Virus record (IMG/VR): IMGVR_UViG_3300030012_002903
Span: 1 to 30,879 of that record
Reading direction: 5' to 3' (one strand)
DNA length: 30,879 nucleotides
Source: a virus
Lineage: Duplodnaviria > Caudoviricetes
Shown here: in pieces, positions 28,699 through 30,879 of the stretch
Layout of the letters: every line of letters starts with the position of its first letter
Position numbering within the stretch: position 1 is the first letter of the stretch
The notes under the pieces: model-generated
Told to the model about the DNA's origin: nothing
The model's input: the letters and a program-made list of their open reading frames with translations, nothing else
Database searches by the model: none
Program-made: the position numbers and the translations under genes

Positions 28699-28860
28699 TT
28701 AACGATATTCAGTGATAGTTTCGTAACTCTCAATCTCATAATCCAATCCATCATCATCTACATCATGAAGACGTTCATAAAAGTCACTAGAACTCTCTGT
28801 ATCAGTCTTTTTAGGTGTTAGAGAGTCATTGGAAATCTCTCTTAGCATTTTCTTTGACAT
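28699..28860 (-). CDS. 53-aa acidic hypothetical protein
   Basis: Not in the ORF track. MSKKMLREISNDSLTPKKTDTESSSDFYERLHDVDDDGLDYEIESYETITEYR*. Strong GGAGG Shine-Dalgarno 5 nt upstream. Fills the gap between the terminator and gp25. Confidence 0.8.
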   Translation of the reverse strand: MSKKMLREISNDSLTPKKTDTESSSDFYERLHDVDDDGLDYEIESYETITEYR

Positions 28861-28880
28861 AAGAACCTCCAAGTAGACAC

Positions 28881-28921
28881 AAAAAAGTGCCTAAAAGAAC
28901 ATTTGTTCCTATTTAGACACT
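28881..28921 (-). terminator. Rho-independent terminator after the 232-aa ORF
   Basis: Minus-strand RNA AGUGUCUAAAUAGGAAC-AAAU-GUUCUUUUAGGCAC-UUUUUU forms a stem of about 14 bp with a small bulge, followed by a U6 tract, 15 nt after the stop at 28936. Confidence 0.75.
28910..28916 (-). promoter_or_regulatory. Late promoter-like CTAAATA embedded in the terminator 5' arm
   Basis: Same heptamer as before gp15 and gp8, about 50 nt upstream of the 53-aa ORF start. Confidence 0.5.
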
Positions 28922-28935
28922 ATATTTGTTGTTTT

Positions 28936-29634
28936 TTAACCTAATCCGTCTAATGCGGTATTTCCGATGCCTATGTCACCAAATTCACTTCTTTCTTTTG
29001 CTGTTTTCCAGAAATAATTCTCTTCAGAACCCAATCCATCACGATCATGACCATTTTCAACTTGGTAATAAACTGTTGATACTTTAAAGTCAGGATTATT
29101 GGGTACTTCGGGTGTAATACTATTATCATAGATACGCATCCTATTATTAGGATATAATGCAAACTGTCCATTATCCAATTCTATTAGATTATGTGACTTA
29201 TGCTCTGCAGGCTGCTCACTGGTTGAATAATCAACTGCATCTACGTCTTGGTGATAGTTATCTAACGTACATATATAAGTGCCTGTCTGCGTTCCATAGT
29301 CTCTTGTATACAGTTCATAGTGCATTGACCCTATAAACTGCTTTTGGACTGCTACAACCCCATAATCCATACAATTCCAGAATTGTAAGTTATGTAAGGT
29401 CATATCAGGATCTGGAATCTCAGGTGACGAGAGAAACGCGGATATTGGCAGCTTGTCAAACATTGCAGCATACTCAGGTAAGTATGTTTCAAAGTAAAAG
29501 GCACGGCCAGGTATTGACTTAGCAGATACCCAAACTCCCTTGACAAATTCGCCATGACCACTCTTATGGTCAGTTAAGTATTCTTTTCTTACCCATACCT
29601 CATAGGATGGTAGGTTAGTTATAAGTGTTGACAT
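28936..29634 (-). CDS. Cyanophage hypothetical protein (232 aa), function unknown
   Basis: Long open frame with normal codon use, abutting the upstream stop (TAAATG). Motifs SIPGRAFYFETYL..Y.A.FDKLPISAF and E.P.EHKSHN.I.LDNGQF..YPNNR resemble marine-phage hypothetical proteins from memory; no function recognised. Confidence 0.85.
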   Translation of the reverse strand: MSTLITNLPSYEVWVRKEYLTDHKSGHGEFVKGVWVSAKSIPGRAFYFETYLPEYAAMFDKLPISAFLSSPEIPDPDMTLHNLQFWNCMDYGVVAVQKQFIGSMHYELYTRDYGTQTGTYICTLDNYHQDVDAVDYSTSEQPAEHKSHNLIELDNGQFALYPNNRMRIYDNSITPEVPNNPDFKVSTVYYQVENGHDRDGLGSEENYFWKTAKERSEFGDIGIGNTALDGLG

Positions 29635-29811
29635 TTAATCCCATTCTATTATATCGGGGCATAGAAGAGCATTACGAAGGTCTCTTGCATGCAGGTTGTG
29701 TTCGCATAATTTACTCATCCAGACTCTATCATCTAGATCTACTTGATCATCGGTGGATACCATTCGACAGCATATGTCGATTAATCTGTTCCGATACTTT
29801 GTGCTTAACAT
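29635..29811 (-). CDS. 58-aa hypothetical protein (Cys/His containing)
   Basis: Not in the ORF track. MLSTKYRNRLIDICCRMVSTDDQVDLDDRVWMSKLCEHNLHARDLRNALLCPDIIEWD*. GGAG Shine-Dalgarno 8 nt upstream. Its TAA is immediately followed by the next ATG. Confidence 0.8.
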   Translation of the reverse strand: MLSTKYRNRLIDICCRMVSTDDQVDLDDRVWMSKLCEHNLHARDLRNALLCPDIIEWD

Positions 29812-29843
29812 AGGTTCTTCTCCGAGAAGTCGCGGACGTTAGT

Positions 29844-29924
29844 TTAATTGTGTGGATCAAACTTGTAAATTATATAGAGTGCTGCGATAAAGAAAATGAG
29901 AAGTATCGCAATAAATTGTATCAT
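29844..29924 (-). CDS. 26-aa single-pass membrane peptide
   Basis: Not in the ORF track. MIQFIAILLIFFIAALYIIYKFDPHN*. ATG lies 1 nt after the stop of the 255-aa gene, suggesting translational coupling. Has an uncharged, hydrophobic stretch of about 19 residues. Confidence 0.65.
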   Translation of the reverse strand: MIQFIAILLIFFIAALYIIYKFDPHN

Positions 29925-29925
29925 T

Positions 29926-30693
29926 TTAAATAATTCGAGTTTTTTCGTGACCAACGCGAATCCGAGGATCGCACCATATCTCGTAATCAGAGTCTTGTGC
30001 ATCTAGACAGAAAGATACGTCTTCACCACACATGTCCTGTACATCACCAGACTCAAAGACTTGCATCTTCGGAGCAAACCAAGGATACTCAAGTTTCTCA
30101 AAGACACCGTGTTTAATCAGCACCCAACCAAAACCAGTATAATCACATGTGAAAGGTTTTTTACGCTTTTGCATAGTTTCCACAGTTTCGTGATTCATTA
30201 CACCACCATTCTTACGGAAGTCATCTTCTTCCAGCCAATGAGCGATACTGGTAGTAGATCCATCTTCCGTTGCATACCAACCAGCAGTGATCTCCTTTTC
30301 TGCACCTTCTGCAGGTAATGCTAAGTCACATAACTGCCAGAACTTATTAGTATCAAATACTATATCTGAGTCAATCCATAACTGATAGTCATATTTAAGT
30401 TTACCATCCCAAGGTATTTGATTAGGGCCTCTCAATACATTTGCACCTAATACTTTACATCTTGCAAAGTTTACCATAGAGGAGTAATCTTGAGAGATCT
30501 GTATACTCATTCCATTCTGTACCATGTCAAAACATAGTTGCACGAAGTTCTTAAGGAAGATATAAGAACATCCTCTGCCTGGTAGACAGAAGACAATTGC
30601 CTTTCCCTTCATTCGTGCCTTAATTGCATCAATATCCCAATCAGGTGCTTTGGTCTTTGGTGCAACCGTTTTTACTTTAAATCCTTTCGCCAT
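29926..30693 (-). CDS. Putative glycosyltransferase, GT-A fold (GT2-like)
   Basis: Contains IVFCLPG (first strand), V.FAR, YDYQLWIDSDIVF (DxD motif), TGFGWVLIK..VFE, GEDVSFC (ED catalytic-base motif) and RVGH.K, in the order expected for GT-A enzymes. Confidence 0.7.
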   Translation of the reverse strand: MAKGFKVKTVAPKTKAPDWDIDAIKARMKGKAIVFCLPGRGCSYIFLKNFVQLCFDMVQNGMSIQISQDYSSMVNFARCKVLGANVLRGPNQIPWDGKLKYDYQLWIDSDIVFDTNKFWQLCDLALPAEGAEKEITAGWYATEDGSTTSIAHWLEEDDFRKNGGVMNHETVETMQKRKKPFTCDYTGFGWVLIKHGVFEKLEYPWFAPKMQVFESGDVQDMCGEDVSFCLDAQDSDYEIWCDPRIRVGHEKTRII

Positions 30694-30695
30694 TA

Positions 30696-30733
30696 AGATA
30701 AGGTCACTACATTATTATTTTACACCCTTATCT
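30696..30733. repeat. 8-bp inverted repeat flanking the -10 box
   Basis: AGATAAGG (30696-30703) and CCTTATCT (30726-30733), separated by 22 nt. Confidence 0.6.
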
Positions 30734-30745
30734 ATACGTTGTCAA
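30717..30745 (-). promoter_or_regulatory. sigma70-type (host RNA polymerase, early/middle) promoter
   Basis: Minus strand TTGACA (30745-30740), 17-nt spacer ACGTATAGATAAGGGTG, TAAAAT (30722-30717). The -10 box ends 23 nt before the glycosyltransferase ATG. The -35 box contains the TGA stop of the upstream ORF. Confidence 0.85.
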
Positions 30746-30879
30746 TATGAGTCATCTCCAGAAGGTTCGGTATATATGACTTTTCCTGGCCCTCCATAAC
30801 CCACCTTGGGGGCGAGTTTTACATATGAAAGGTCACTCTCTGTATAATCTGTCTTTAATATTCCAACCATTACCTTTAG
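30742..30879 (-). CDS. Hypothetical protein, 5'-truncated by window edge
   Basis: Open frame from the right edge: ...LKVMVGILKTDYTESDLSYVKLAPKVGYGGPGKVIYTEPSGDDSY*, ending at TGA 30744-30742. Confidence 0.6.
   Translation of the reverse strand, partial: LKVMVGILKTDYTESDLSYVKLAPKVGYGGPGKVIYTEPSGDDSY

Noticed and set aside
5454-29171. Short out-of-frame minus-strand ORFs (5454-5645, 7416-7604, 16085-16267, 28971-29171)
   Set aside because: They are nested within long genes, have the Leu/Gln/Met-rich composition typical of alternate frames, and no translation signals were noticed.
29816-29830. Small hairpin CUUCU-CGG-AGAAG over the Shine-Dalgarno of the 58-aa ORF
   Set aside because: Only 5 bp with a 3-nt loop, too weak to support a regulatory claim.
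169-30318. All plus-strand ORFs in the track (e.g. 169-387, 7469-7840, 12851-13222, 14056-14454, 29625-29813)
   Set aside because: They are antisense shadows of well-supported minus-strand genes. Their translations mirror the Gly/Thr/Val-rich codons of the real genes and show no recognisable motifs.
1-30879. tRNA, rRNA, CRISPR array or alternative genetic code
   Set aside because: Intergenic gaps are all under about 80 nt with no cloverleaf or repeat-spacer pattern. Very long ORFs read cleanly in the standard bacterial code.

Overview
AT-rich (roughly one-third GC by eye) fragment of a T4-like marine cyanomyophage genome. It resembles the Prochlorococcus/Synechococcus myovirus group typified by P-SSM2; this is inferred from gene order and protein motifs, not from a search. 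All credible genes are on the minus strand. In transcription order (right to left) the window holds: a truncated hypothetical gene; a near-consensus sigma70 promoter; a small cluster of a GT-A-fold glycosyltransferase-like protein, a 26-aa membrane peptide, a 58-aa protein and a 232-aa hypothetical; an intrinsic terminator with a late promoter inside it; a 53-aa acidic ORF; and then the late structural block gp25-gp6-gp7(4231 aa)-gp8-VrlC/DUF4815(2573 aa)-75 aa-130 aa-gp13-gp14-gp15-gp16(partial). Five credible ORFs are missing from the supplied track: gp16, the 53-aa, 58-aa and 26-aa ORFs, and the right-edge partial ORF. No RNA genes, CRISPR arrays, introns, inteins or mobile elements were recognised. 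The most notable observations are: (1) strict avoidance of GGWCC, with all 21 Gly-Pro pairs using rare GGC/GGG codons, and apparent absence of CCGG and GCGC; (2) a short G-[IVL]-[GSTA]-T motif scattered through unrelated virion proteins next to a glycosyltransferase-like gene; (3) two promoter-inside-hairpin regulatory arrangements; (4) a split YHYH-like domain and shared modules in the giant structural proteins. These are hypotheses; none is a demonstrated new system.
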